Origin: Gemmatimonadales bacterium
GTDB taxonomy: Bacteria > Gemmatimonadota > Gemmatimonadetes > Gemmatimonadales > GWC2-71-9
Direction of reading: 5' to 3'
NCBI GenBank assembly: GCA_037189525.1
Contig: JBBCJC010000003.1
Coordinates: forward strand, 384,001 to 448,000
Length of the DNA: 64,000 nucleotides
Below, one piece after another: positions 53,333-63,471 of the stretch. The notes below the pieces were generated by a model. It worked only from the letters and a program-made list of their open reading frames with translations, did not search any database and was not told where the DNA came from. A program made the translations under genes and the position numbers. Each line of letters opens with the position of its first letter. Within the stretch, counting starts at the first letter, position 1.

Positions 53333-54615
53333 TGCGGCGTTGGTTGCTTCTGATGATGGTCACGCTCGGAGTGAACTCCCTCTGGGCGCAGGATACGGTG
53401 CGGGTGCGCGGGGTCTACGACCCGGGTACGCGAGCTGGTCTGGTCGTGCTGCCGACGACACCGGCACTGGATTCGATCAGGGCAATCATTGCTCGGGATC
53501 TCGACTACAGTGATCTGTTCGACGTGATCACGCTGCCGGCTGTGGGTCCGGTCACCGACCAGGTGCTCACGACGATCAACTATCCATTATATCGATCGTT
53601 GAAGGCCGGGCTCGCAGTCGAAGTCACCGGCGTAGGTGGAAATGTTACGATCAAGATTCACGATCTGGGCACGGAGTCGGTCCGGCACGAGATGACTCAC
53701 CCCCTCGACGCCTCGGGGGTCGGGGAAGCGCGGATGGCGGTGCATCGGGTTTCCGACGAAATCGTGAATGTGACCACGGGGAAGACCGGGATCGCGGCCA
53801 CGCGGATCCTGTTCGTCAACAACAACGACAAGCGGATCTATCGGATCGACAGCGACGGGTATGGGCTCGCGCCGATGAGTCCTGCCAACGTGCTCGCGAT
53901 CTCGCCCGTCTGGTCGCCGGATGGGAGTCGGTTCGCCTATACCCAGATTGGTGGGGAAGGGCCGGGTACGCTGATTCTGCAGTCCACTTCTACGGGAACC
54001 CGCGTGGTGGTGCCGACGACGACCTCGGGCCAGAACATCACGCCGTCATTTTCATCCGATGGGCGCCGCCTCGTTTTCTCCAAAATTACGGAGCAGGCGG
54101 CCAACCTCTACACGGTCAACGTTGCCGATCTCTGCTGCGCGGAACGGATTACTGCCGTTCGGTTTGCAGAAAACCTCTCGCCTGTCTATTCTCCCGACGG
54201 TCGGCGGGTCGCGTTCGTCTCCAATCGAGCCGGTTCGCCACAGATATATGGCATGGCGGCTGATGGTACGAATCAGGAGCTCCTGATTCCGTTCGACTAC
54301 GGTTCTGGCGGAAGTTTTGCTCCTGATTGGTCCGTCGATGGGACAACGATCGTGTTCCATCGAGAATATCAGGGGGCGCCGCAGATCGTCACGTACGATA
54401 TGGGGAGCCGGCAGTTGAAGCAGCAGACGTCGTCTGGACGGAATGAAGATCCCAGTTTCGCGCCGGATGGTCGTCATGTCGTATTCATCTCCAACCGAAC
54501 CGGGCGGGGGCAACTTCATGTCCTCGATCTGGAGACGGCGCGGGTTCGGCAGATCATGACCCCAGGCGTCGCTCGGTTGCCGTCGTGGTCGCGTTCGCTC
54601 GGTCGCGGACGCTAG
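53332..54615 (+). CDS. tolB: Tol-Pal beta-propeller protein TolB
   Basis: Signal peptide; RDLDYSDLF N-domain; PD40 repeats (SPVWSPDG, PSFSSDG, PVYSPDG, PSFAPDG). Confidence 0.92.
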   Translation: MRRWLLLMMVTLGVNSLWAQDTVRVRGVYDPGTRAGLVVLPTTPALDSIRAIIARDLDYSDLFDVITLPAVGPVTDQVLTTINYPLYRSLKAGLAVEVTGVGGNVTIKIHDLGTESVRHEMTHPLDASGVGEARMAVHRVSDEIVNVTTGKTGIAATRILFVNNNDKRIYRIDSDGYGLAPMSPANVLAISPVWSPDGSRFAYTQIGGEGPGTLILQSTSTGTRVVVPTTTSGQNITPSFSSDGRRLVFSKITEQAANLYTVNVADLCCAERITAVRFAENLSPVYSPDGRRVAFVSNRAGSPQIYGMAADGTNQELLIPFDYGSGGSFAPDWSVDGTTIVFHREYQGAPQIVTYDMGSRQLKQQTSSGRNEDPSFAPDGRHVVFISNRTGRGQLHVLDLETARVRQIMTPGVARLPSWSRSLGRGR

Positions 54616-54650
54616 AGGCTACTCACCCAATTTTATCCGAGGTACACCTC

Positions 54651-55205
54651 ATGCGAATTCGGACTTTCGCTCTGGCGCTCGGTGTCATGGTCACGGCTGC
54701 CTGCGGTAAAAAGGAGCCCGAGGTCATTCCGACGCCGACTCCCCCGCCCGCAAGCCCGACCCCGGCGCCGACGCCTCCTCCGCCGCCACCGCCGGCAACG
54801 GACGGTGATGCGGCAGCGGCTGCTGAGCATGCCGAAGTAACCCGCCTGCTGCAGCAGGTGATCTACTTCGAACTCGACAAAGATGAGATTCGGGCCGAGG
54901 ATCGGCCGGTGCTCGAGCAGAAGGCGGCGATTCTGCAAGCCAATCCGTCGTTGCGGATCCGGATTGCCGGACACGCCGACGAGCGCGGCTCCGACGAGTA
55001 CAACCTCGTTCTCGGCACCCGCCGCGCCACCTCGGCCAAGCGGTTCCTCGAGACCCGCGGCATCGACGGCAGCCGGATCGATATCATCTCGTACGGCGAA
55101 GAGCGGCCGGCCAACCCGGCGTCGAACGAAGGCGCCTGGGCCCAGAATCGTCGCGATGAGTTCGAAATCACGAGCGGCGGCGCCCGCCTGGTGAGACCGC
55201 GGTGA
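54651..55205 (+). CDS. pal: peptidoglycan-associated lipoprotein
   Basis: Lipobox TAA-C; GHADERGSDEYNLVLGTRRA, SYGEERP, AQNRRDEF. Confidence 0.95.
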   Translation: MRIRTFALALGVMVTAACGKKEPEVIPTPTPPPASPTPAPTPPPPPPPATDGDAAAAAEHAEVTRLLQQVIYFELDKDEIRAEDRPVLEQKAAILQANPSLRIRIAGHADERGSDEYNLVLGTRRATSAKRFLETRGIDGSRIDIISYGEERPANPASNEGAWAQNRRDEFEITSGGARLVRPR

Positions 55206-55981
55206 ACCGACTGTTGCTGGTGGCCCTCGCGGCCGGCCTGACCGCGGGATGCGCCACCAAAGGCTCAGTGCGCCAGGTCGAGACGCAGGTACTGGTGCTC
55301 CGCGCAGAGACGGCGCGCCAGGACTCGGTGCGGGCTGCGGAGCTGGCGCGCATCATTCGCCTCCAGCAACAGGCCATCGATTCACTCAACGCGTCACGTC
55401 AGGCCATCCGGGTGCTGGAGGCCCGGGTAGGCAGTGACCTGACCGACGTCCAGCGTCAGCTGCTGCAGATTCAGGAGTTGTCGGGCCAGAGTCAGCGGCA
55501 GCTGTCGCTCCTCAAGGCGCAGCTGGATGCCCGTGCCGAGGCGCAGTCGCTGGGGCCGGTAGATTCGACCCGCCCGGTCGATTCGGCGGCCCCGCCGCCC
55601 GCGGCCTCGGCCGAGCAGATGTATGTCGGCGCATTGCAGCAGTATCAGCGGGGAAGTCCGGGCGTGGCCCGCCGGGCGTTCCTCGAATTCCTGCAGCAGT
55701 ATCCGACCCATCCGAACGTGCCGGATGCGATGTACTGGGTGGCGGAATCGTTCGAGGCCGAGTTGCCGGATACGGCTATTGCGCGGTTCCAGCAGCTCCA
55801 TGCGAAGTTCCCCCAGTCCCGGCGCTCACCGACCGCGTTGTACAAGATCGGTTACGTGCTCGAGACGGTAAAGAAATCGCCGGCCCAGGCTCGGGCGGCG
55901 TACCAGCGGCTGGTGACCGAGTATCCTCGTTCGGAAGATGCCGACTTGGCCAGGGCGCGACTCGAGAGCCTCAAACCCTAG
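55202..55981 (+). CDS. cpoB: cell division coordinator CpoB (YbgF)
   Basis: Lipobox TAG-C; coiled coil, then three TPRs (FLQQYP, AMYWVAE, ALYKIG, EYPRS); follows pal. Confidence 0.85.
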   Translation: MNRLLLVALAAGLTAGCATKGSVRQVETQVLVLRAETARQDSVRAAELARIIRLQQQAIDSLNASRQAIRVLEARVGSDLTDVQRQLLQIQELSGQSQRQLSLLKAQLDARAEAQSLGPVDSTRPVDSAAPPPAASAEQMYVGALQQYQRGSPGVARRAFLEFLQQYPTHPNVPDAMYWVAESFEAELPDTAIARFQQLHAKFPQSRRSPTALYKIGYVLETVKKSPAQARAAYQRLVTEYPRSEDADLARARLESLKP

Positions 55982-55996
55982 GTCCGGGTTGGTTGG

Positions 55997-58900
55997 ATGG
56001 CGCGGTCCAGTGGAGAAATGCCGTTCCTCGATCATCTCGAGGAACTCCGATCGCGATTGCTCAAGGCGGTTCTCGCCCTGGTCATCGCGATCGGTATCGG
56101 CATATGGGTAGTCGACCATTTTCAGCTGGTCGACATCCTGCAGCGCCCCATCCTTCCCCTGCTCGAGGGACGCCATCTCGTCATTCAGAGCCCGACCGAG
56201 CAGTTCATGATCCTGCTCAAACTTGGCTTCATCGTCGGGCTGGTGCTCGCGTCTCCCGTCATCATCTGGCAAATCTGGGCCTTCCTGTCGCCGGCCCTCT
56301 ACTCGCGTGAAAAAAAGGCCATCGTTCCGGCCCTGTTCGTCGGCGTGGCGCTCTTCATCACCGGGGCCACCCTGAGCTTTATCTACATCGTGCCCCAGGC
56401 TCTGCGCGTGCTGCTCGGCATGGGGCCTGGCACCTTCGAGATGCTGATCACCTGGCGTTCCTACTTTGCCTTCGTGATGCAGGTGGTGCTGGCGATGGGG
56501 CTCTCGGCCGAGTTACCGCTGCTCATCATCATGCTGGCGGTGCTCGGCGTGGTCACACCGTCGATGCTGGGCCGGTTCCGGCGCTTTGCGATCGTGCTCT
56601 CCTTTGCCGGCGGGGCCATCCTGTCACCGGGTGGGGATGTCTTCTCGATGGTGCTGATGACGGCGCCGTTGATCGTGCTGTACGAGGTCGGCTATCTCGG
56701 AGCCTGGATCGTTCACAAGCGGCGGACCCGGGCGGCGGCCGCCGCGGCGTCGGCCGCGATGTTCGTCTGGTTCCTCCTGCCGGCGCCGTTGGAAGCGCAG
56801 CAACCGCCTCCACCTCCGCCCCGACAGGCCCAGGACACTACCCGGCGGCAGGCAGGCGACTCGGCCGCCGCCAAGCGCATGGGACTCCCGTCGGCGCCGA
56901 AGCGGTCGTTTCCGGCGGCGGATTCGCTGTTGCTCGACCTGCAGGAACTCGAGGGATACGAGATTACCCGGTACCGGGCGGACACGGCGCAGGTCAGCCC
57001 GCGGGACAAGGCGGTTCAGCTGGGCGGCAACGCGATGACCGAGCGCACCGACGCAGTGCTCGAGGCGGATCGCATCTTCTACCGCGAGGGCGATTGCCGT
57101 TTCGAGGCGCAGGGCGAGCCGCATCTCTTCCAGCAGGGTACCGTGGTGGTCGGTCGCACCGTGTTGTACAACACCTGTATCGAGCGCGGACTGGTACAGG
57201 ACGGCCGGACCAGCTTCCCGCAACAGGGAGCCAACTGGATCGTCAGCGGTCACATCGCGATGGACTCGACCGCCAGGCGCGTCTTTGCCAGCGCGCGCGA
57301 AATCACCAGCTGCGATCTGCCCGATTCGCACTATCACTTCCGATCCAAGGAACTGCGCTGGGTCGGAGGCTCGACCATGGTGGCGCGTCCAGCCGTGCTC
57401 TACATCCGCGATGTGCCGATTGCCTGGGTGCCGTTTCTCTTTCAGGACACCAAGCGGGGCCGTCGCTCGGGGATTCTGATTCCCGAACTCGGCTTCAACG
57501 ATATCGTGCGCCCGAGTCGCAACTACAACCGCACGGTGAAGAACCTCGGATACTATTGGGCGGCGAGCGAAAAGGTTGACCTACTCGCCCGCTTCGACTG
57601 GTACTCGAATCGGTACATCGAGTTCGGTGTCGAAGGGCAGTATCGCTGGATCGATCAGTTCATGCGCGGCGCGGTGAGCTTTTCCCGGGCGCAGGAAATC
57701 GGCGGCTCGACCAACACGCGTGTCGTCTGGAATCACAACCAGACCTTCAGTGTCACGACCAAACTGAACGTCAGTCTCGACTACTCGACCAACTCGTCGA
57801 TCATCCGGCGGAACTCGATCGATCCGCGGATGACCACCCAGCAGATCCGAAGTTCCGCCAACCTGAATCGCCAGTTCAGTTGGGGCAACATGGCACTCGG
57901 TGGTACCCGAACACAGAATGTCACGGACGGCAGCGGCCGGATGACGGCGCCCAGCCTAACGCTGTCGCCCAAGCCGATCGACTTCGGCTCGGCGGTAACC
58001 TGGTCGCCGGACATCAATTTCACCAACGACCTCGCCTTCAAGCAGCCGATGCCGTCGGTGCTCGTGCCGCGGGGACCCGGCGGAATCGTCGATACGCTGG
58101 CAGTAACCGGCGGGAGCCGATTGAGCCGGTTCAGTATGAACACGCCGCTCCGCATCGGCAGCTTTCAGTGGACCAACAGCGTCAGTCTGATCGACAGCGA
58201 CTCGACCGGGCTTCGTGAGGAACTGATCACGGTTCCGAATGAGAGTACAGAAGACCCGACCGACTCGGTCACCATCCGCCGGGTGCGCTCCGGTGGGTAC
58301 GGCAGCGAGTTCGATTGGAACACCGGGATCAACTTGCCGATTCTCTTCCGCACCTCGTGGAAGATCACGCCGACGCTGGGGATCACCAACACGACGTCTC
58401 AGGCGCCGTTCGCGGTGCGCAATGCGCGCACGGCGGGCGAGTACGTCCGCCAGGGCAAACGGTTCCAGTTCGGTCTGTCGGCCGCGCCGACGTTCTACGG
58501 ATTTTTCCCGGGCATCGGGCCGTTGGACCGAATTCGTCACACCGTGTCGCCGTCGATCAGCTACAACTATAGCCCGGCGGCGGACATCCCGATCGAGTTT
58601 GCCCGCGCCATCACGCCGGTCGGGCAGCCGCTGGTGCTGCGCAGCATCCCGACCCAGTCGATCAGCCTGACGCTGAACCAGAATTTCGAGGCCAAGACCA
58701 AGCGGCCGGCGGGTGACACGACCGATACGCGCGTCCGGAAGATCCGCCTGCTGAGCATCAGCACCAGCGGTCTCGCCTACGATCTCGAGAAGGCCAAGTT
58801 GCCGGGCCGGACCGGCTGGTCGTCGCCGACGCTGAGCAACTCGATCATGAGCGATCTGGTGCCGGGGCTCAACCTGTCGATGACGCACGATCTCTTTGCC

Positions 58901-59530
58901 GGGGCGTTCGATCCCGCGACGGGCCGGGTAGGGGCGTTCGACAGCAGCACCGCGCGATTCAGCCCGTATCTGTCGGGGGTGACCGCCAGCTTCTCGCTGA
59001 CCGACGGCACTTTCCGGTCGATCGGTCGCTTGCTTGGCTTGGTTTCGGACGACGATCCGCCGGAGCAGCAGCAGCGCCAGGCGTCCGTTCCCGGGGCGCC
59101 CACCACGGTGCCCGGGCAACCGCAGCAGCAGTTCGGCATGATGGATGACATGCGGCGGGGGACGGGCTTTACCAGCAACCAAAACTTCGTGCGCGGACAG
59201 CGGGGCTTCAACGCCAGCGTCAACTACACCTTGAACCGGACTCGTCCGATTCCGGGGGTGGCGGAGGTGCCGAGCCGCAGCAATCTGTCGCTCAACACGA
59301 GCTTTGCGCCGACGCAGTTCTGGCAGGTGAGTTGGAACACGCAGTACGACGTGACCAATCGGACCTTCGAGGCGCAGCAGGTCAATCTGACCCGCGATCT
59401 CCACGACTGGCGGGCCACCTTCTCGTTCCTCCGGTCGCCCAACGGGAACTTCTCGTTCTCGTTCCTGATCACCCTGATCGACCTGCCCGATCTCAAGTTC
59501 GACTACCGCCAGAGCTCGATTCAGCCCTGA
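55997..59530 (+). CDS. tatC: TatC fused to LptD-like LPS-assembly outer membrane protein
   Basis: aa 1-240: MPFLDHLEELRSRL, QIWAFLSPALYSREK, ELPL, LYEVG (TatC). aa ~268-1177: TSCD..HYHF, ARPAVLYIRDVP, RRSGILIP, amphipathic beta strands and RDLHDW (LptD-like). No stop codon between them. Confidence 0.88.
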   Translation: MARSSGEMPFLDHLEELRSRLLKAVLALVIAIGIGIWVVDHFQLVDILQRPILPLLEGRHLVIQSPTEQFMILLKLGFIVGLVLASPVIIWQIWAFLSPALYSREKKAIVPALFVGVALFITGATLSFIYIVPQALRVLLGMGPGTFEMLITWRSYFAFVMQVVLAMGLSAELPLLIIMLAVLGVVTPSMLGRFRRFAIVLSFAGGAILSPGGDVFSMVLMTAPLIVLYEVGYLGAWIVHKRRTRAAAAAASAAMFVWFLLPAPLEAQQPPPPPPRQAQDTTRRQAGDSAAAKRMGLPSAPKRSFPAADSLLLDLQELEGYEITRYRADTAQVSPRDKAVQLGGNAMTERTDAVLEADRIFYREGDCRFEAQGEPHLFQQGTVVVGRTVLYNTCIERGLVQDGRTSFPQQGANWIVSGHIAMDSTARRVFASAREITSCDLPDSHYHFRSKELRWVGGSTMVARPAVLYIRDVPIAWVPFLFQDTKRGRRSGILIPELGFNDIVRPSRNYNRTVKNLGYYWAASEKVDLLARFDWYSNRYIEFGVEGQYRWIDQFMRGAVSFSRAQEIGGSTNTRVVWNHNQTFSVTTKLNVSLDYSTNSSIIRRNSIDPRMTTQQIRSSANLNRQFSWGNMALGGTRTQNVTDGSGRMTAPSLTLSPKPIDFGSAVTWSPDINFTNDLAFKQPMPSVLVPRGPGGIVDTLAVTGGSRLSRFSMNTPLRIGSFQWTNSVSLIDSDSTGLREELITVPNESTEDPTDSVTIRRVRSGGYGSEFDWNTGINLPILFRTSWKITPTLGITNTTSQAPFAVRNARTAGEYVRQGKRFQFGLSAAPTFYGFFPGIGPLDRIRHTVSPSISYNYSPAADIPIEFARAITPVGQPLVLRSIPTQSISLTLNQNFEAKTKRPAGDTTDTRVRKIRLLSISTSGLAYDLEKAKLPGRTGWSSPTLSNSIMSDLVPGLNLSMTHDLFAGAFDPATGRVGAFDSSTARFSPYLSGVTASFSLTDGTFRSIGRLLGLVSDDDPPEQQQRQASVPGAPTTVPGQPQQQFGMMDDMRRGTGFTSNQNFVRGQRGFNASVNYTLNRTRPIPGVAEVPSRSNLSLNTSFAPTQFWQVSWNTQYDVTNRTFEAQQVNLTRDLHDWRATFSFLRSPNGNFSFSFLITLIDLPDLKFDYRQSSIQP

Positions 59531-59648
59531 GCACTCGGGGCGGGGCGAGCGGACCGGCCGGCCGGGGTGGTCAAGTCCGGCCCGTTCCATGCCGATCGTG
59601 AAAGGGATCGACCGCCCCGGCTCCCGGACGGCTCGGATTGGCGGTGCC

Positions 59649-59678
59649 TTGCCCCGGTCCTTCCCGATGGCCTATCTT
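59649..59678 (+). promoter_or_regulatory. sigma70-type promoter
   Basis: TTGCCC-18 nt-TATCTT upstream of the 59729 gene; same -10 as the smpB promoter. Confidence 0.5.
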
Positions 59679-59728
59679 AAGCGCTGGCAAGGTGTTGCTT
59701 CGCTTGGTGCCCCTCACCCGCGAGCCGG

Positions 59729-61927
59729 ATGAATCTCGATAAGCTCAAAGAATCCGCGCGGAAGTACGAGCAAAACGGCCAGTGGCGCCAAGCCATTGAC
59801 GTTTACAAGAAGGCATTGCGCGAATTCGAAGAGTCGGGCGAGGGAGTCCTGGACCCGTCGCTGTACAATCGCATCGGCGATCTCGAGATGCGGGTCAACG
59901 ACACCAGCGCGGCCATCCGGGCCTACGAGCAGGCCTCCGATCTCTACACCGAGCAGGGTTTCTTCAACAACGCCATCGCGCTCTGCAGTAAGATCCTGCG
60001 TGTCAATCCGGGCCGCACCGCAACCTACCTCCGCCTGGCTCAGCTCAACGCCCGCAAGAACTTCGTCGGCGATGCGCGGAAGAATCTGACCGAATACATC
60101 GAACGGATGACGGCGCTGCATCACCCCGCTGAGGCCGTCGACGCCGTCAGGATCTTCGTCGGGCAGTGCGCCGAGAATCCTGATATCCGGGCCATGCTGG
60201 TGGAGTTGCTGCGAGGCGGCTCGTTCGATCCGTCGATGCGGGAGCCGTTCGACCAGCTGATTCGTGAGCTGGAACGCCAGGACACCCCGGACGAGGACGA
60301 CGCGGGCGACGGAGAGGTCGCGGTCGACACCGATGCCGCGCGCCGCGTGGACGCCGCCTCCGGGCTGGTCTTTCTGGATCTGGAGGGCGGCCAGGCACGG
60401 GACACGGGCTACGTCAGTCCGGTCGAGGGACTCGAAGTCATCCACCAGGAGCAGGAGCCCGAAGAGCCCTGGCGCCAGGATACCGACCGCGTCGACGGCT
60501 TCGAGTACACCGGTCTCGACCCGGTTGATACCGAGATCGGGGCTTCGGTCGAGTTCGTGACCGAATCGGCCTTCGAGGTGGGTGAGCCGCTCGATCTCGA
60601 AGGGGAGGACGCCGACCCGCTCGATATCGATTCGTATCCGAGCGTCGAGCTGGACGAGGCATTGGCCGCAGCCAGCGGGGATTCCGAGGTGGAGTCCCTC
60701 GACGAAATCGCCCTCACTCCGACCGCCGGACTCGAGGTGCTCGAGCCGATCGATCTGGAGACGACTCCCGAGGTCGAGTTGCCGCTCGAAGAGGGCGAGG
60801 CGCTGGCGGTCGAGGTGGATCTGGACCTCGACACCGACGAACCGCCGGAAGCAGCCGGCGACCTCGTCTTTCTGGTCGAGAGCGACGACGTGGCAGCGCC
60901 AGCTGCGCAGGAGACGTCGCGGACGGATGGGCTGTCGTTCATCTCGGATGAAGTCGATGAGCCAGAGGCCGAAGCGGAGGCCGAACCGGCTCGGGATCTG
61001 GCGCAATTTGCCGAGGAGCAGGCCCGGGTCTTGTTGACGGTCGGCGACCGTACGGCTGGCATGGCGGCGCTCGACGAAGCGCTCCGCCAGTACGAGGGAT
61101 CGGCGCGGCTGGCCGAAGCGCTCCGGGTGGCCGATGAGTTGATCCGGTTCGAACCGGATGCGATCTATCGTTACCAGAAGCGGGTCGAGATCGCCTACCG
61201 GGCGGGAGACCGCGGCGCCATGCTCGATTCGTATCTGGGCCTGGCCGATGCGCTGGCGCGGAGCGGGGGGCTCGAGCACGCGGTCACCGTCTATCGCCGG
61301 GTGCTCGAACACGATGCCGACAACGTGACGGCGCGCACGGCGCTGATCCGCCTGGAAGCTGCGCTGGCGCCTCCACCGCCGCCGCCTCCGCCCGCCGCAT
61401 CGTTCGTCGATCTGGGCAGCCTGATCCTCGATGAGCCGGCGGTTCGGGACACCCGGATGCGGGTCGACCAGGGCGCGCCGATCGAGAACGAGGACGAGGC
61501 GTTTCACGAGGCGCTGGCCCAGTTCAAGCGCGGTATCGACGAGAACATCGACGCCGAGGACTTCCAGGCGCACTATGACCTGGGCATTGCCTTCAAGGAA
61601 ATGGGGCTGCTCGACGAGGCGATTGCGCAGTTCCAGAAGGCGCTGCGGTCGCCGGATGGCCGCCTCAAGACCTCGGAACAGCTGGGCATTGCCTTCTACG
61701 ACAAATCGCGCTTCGCGATCGCCGAAGCCGTGCTGCGCAGGGCCATCGAGAGCCTGCCGGGCGGCGACGAGGAAAAGATCGGTTCGATCTACTGGCTCGC
61801 GCGGTCACTCGAGGCGCAGCGGCGTTTCGAAGAAGCGCTCCGATTCTATGAACGGGTCCTGGCCGTCGACATCCGCTTCCTGGATGTGGGTGACCGGGTC
61901 CACCGCCTGACTTCGGGCGCCTCATGA
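59729..61927 (+). CDS. TPR protein with long acidic central linker
   Basis: N-terminal TPRs, D/E-rich low-complexity middle, C-terminal TPRs (HYDLGIAFKEMGLLDEAI). Confidence 0.85.
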   Translation: MNLDKLKESARKYEQNGQWRQAIDVYKKALREFEESGEGVLDPSLYNRIGDLEMRVNDTSAAIRAYEQASDLYTEQGFFNNAIALCSKILRVNPGRTATYLRLAQLNARKNFVGDARKNLTEYIERMTALHHPAEAVDAVRIFVGQCAENPDIRAMLVELLRGGSFDPSMREPFDQLIRELERQDTPDEDDAGDGEVAVDTDAARRVDAASGLVFLDLEGGQARDTGYVSPVEGLEVIHQEQEPEEPWRQDTDRVDGFEYTGLDPVDTEIGASVEFVTESAFEVGEPLDLEGEDADPLDIDSYPSVELDEALAAASGDSEVESLDEIALTPTAGLEVLEPIDLETTPEVELPLEEGEALAVEVDLDLDTDEPPEAAGDLVFLVESDDVAAPAAQETSRTDGLSFISDEVDEPEAEAEAEPARDLAQFAEEQARVLLTVGDRTAGMAALDEALRQYEGSARLAEALRVADELIRFEPDAIYRYQKRVEIAYRAGDRGAMLDSYLGLADALARSGGLEHAVTVYRRVLEHDADNVTARTALIRLEAALAPPPPPPPPAASFVDLGSLILDEPAVRDTRMRVDQGAPIENEDEAFHEALAQFKRGIDENIDAEDFQAHYDLGIAFKEMGLLDEAIAQFQKALRSPDGRLKTSEQLGIAFYDKSRFAIAEAVLRRAIESLPGGDEEKIGSIYWLARSLEAQRRFEEALRFYERVLAVDIRFLDVGDRVHRLTSGAS

Positions 61928-62916
61928 CGACTTTCGATACGACGCCTGTTTCGCTTGCCGACCTCCAGGCCGGGCTCGACGAGCCGCTGGCTGCGGTGCG
62001 GGAACAGATTCGCCAGACCATTGCTGCCGACTTCGCCCTGATTGCCGACGTCAATTCGCACTTGCTGCGGATGCAGGGCAAGATGTTTCGTCCAACGTTG
62101 CTCTTGCTCGTCAACCGCGCCTCGGGGGCGCCGGACGAGCGCGCGGTCCGGCTGGCTGCCGTGCTGGAACTGACCCACCTCGCGACGCTGATCCACGACG
62201 ATTCGGTCGATCACTCGGTGCTTCGGCGCGGCATGCCGACGATCAACTCGATCTTCAGCCACCAGGTGTCGGTCATCATGGGAGACTATCTCTACTCCCG
62301 CGCCATGATCGAGCTCGTCAATCTGGGGGATCTCAAGCCGCTCGAAGTGATGAGCCGCGTCACCAACGAGATGACGATCGGCGAGATGCGCCAGCTGCTG
62401 GCCCATGATCCACTGACCTTCAGCGAAGACGACTACGACCTCCTGATTCGCGCCAAGACCGCGTCGTTGATTTCGGGCGCGTGCGAATGCGGGGCGCTCC
62501 GGGCGTCCCCGGAGGTGCGAGCCGCAATGGCGCGGTTCGGTAACGCCCTGGGCATGGCTTTTCAGATCATCGACGACGTGATCGATGTTACGGAAGTCGA
62601 GTCGGTCACCGGCAAGCCCACGGGGCACGACCTTCGGGAGCACAAAGTCACCTTGCCGCTGATCTACGCACTGCCACGTCTCTCTCCCCAACAGCGAAAC
62701 GACGTCAACGTCCTGATGGCCACACCCGAACCGACGGCGGAGCAGGTGTCCGGCGTGGTGGCCCACATTACCGCCGCAGGCGGGATCGAGTACGCCCGGT
62801 CCCGGGCCCAGTCGCTGGCCTCGGATGCGCTGCGGGAGCTCGACTCGTTGCCGTCGGGCTCCGACCGCGAGCGGCTGGAGGCAGCCGTGGCCTTTGTGAC
62901 GGAGCGTCGGAGGTAA
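61924..62916 (+). CDS. polyprenyl diphosphate synthase (IspB/HepT-like)
   Basis: GKMFRP, LIHDDSVD..RRG, GDYL, KTASL, FQIIDD, GKPTGHDL. Confidence 0.95.
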   Translation: MTTFDTTPVSLADLQAGLDEPLAAVREQIRQTIAADFALIADVNSHLLRMQGKMFRPTLLLLVNRASGAPDERAVRLAAVLELTHLATLIHDDSVDHSVLRRGMPTINSIFSHQVSVIMGDYLYSRAMIELVNLGDLKPLEVMSRVTNEMTIGEMRQLLAHDPLTFSEDDYDLLIRAKTASLISGACECGALRASPEVRAAMARFGNALGMAFQIIDDVIDVTEVESVTGKPTGHDLREHKVTLPLIYALPRLSPQQRNDVNVLMATPEPTAEQVSGVVAHITAAGGIEYARSRAQSLASDALRELDSLPSGSDRERLEAAVAFVTERRR

Positions 62917-62918
62917 TC

Positions 62919-63203
62919 ATGGCAGGAGGAGGTGCGCGCGGCCCCCGTCGGCCCAGATTCTACGCTGCGGTACTCACCACCGGGTTCATGCTGGGTGGAT
63001 TCCTGCAGGGTTTTCTGTCGAAGTTCCTGCCCGACAGCCCCGCCAAGGACGTCTTTACCAGCGCGTGGCGTGGCGAATTCGGACCTGTCAAAGTAGATCT
63101 CATGGTTGTAGACTTTACCCTGGGACCGCTCGGCGTCGAGGTATCCGTGCTGAGTCTGTTCGGGGTCCTGATCGCGTACATGATTGCGCGATCGCTCTTT
63201 TAG
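62919..63203 (+). CDS. small membrane protein (DUF4321-like)
   Basis: GGAGG RBS; two hydrophobic segments around a [10 protein letters not shown] hairpin. Confidence 0.7.
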   Translation: MAGGGARGPRRPRFYAAVLTTGFMLGGFLQGFLSKFLPDSPAKDVFTSAWRGEFGPVKVDLMVVDFTLGPLGVEVSVLSLFGVLIAYMIARSLF

Positions 63204-63216
63204 TAGGAGCCCTGGT

Positions 63217-63471
63217 ATGATCGGGAATCTGGGTTTTGGCGAGATTCTGGTCCTCGCCGTCATCGTACTGCTCGTGTTCGGCGCGAAGCGCCTGCCGGAA
63301 ATTGGCCAGTCGCTCGGCAAGGGTATTCGGGAGTTCAAGAAGAGCTTCTCGGAAATCGGCGACAACGTGACCAGCGGTCTGAACGAGCCGCCGTCATCCA
63401 ATGCGCGCCAGATCGACTCGGCGCACTCCCAGGCCCCCACTTCGAGCGAGCCGAAGCGGCTGTCGCAGTAA
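63217..63471 (+). CDS. tatA: twin-arginine translocase TatA/TatE
   Basis: [42 protein letters not shown]. Confidence 0.95.
   Translation: MIGNLGFGEILVLAVIVLLVFGAKRLPEIGQSLGKGIREFKKSFSEIGDNVTSGLNEPPSSNARQIDSAHSQAPTSSEPKRLSQ

Noticed and set aside
56717..56731. KRRTR as a canonical Tat signal for the LptD part
   Set aside because: Lacks the S/T-R-R-x-F-L-K context, and outer-membrane barrels are normally Sec substrates; treated as a generic basic n-region
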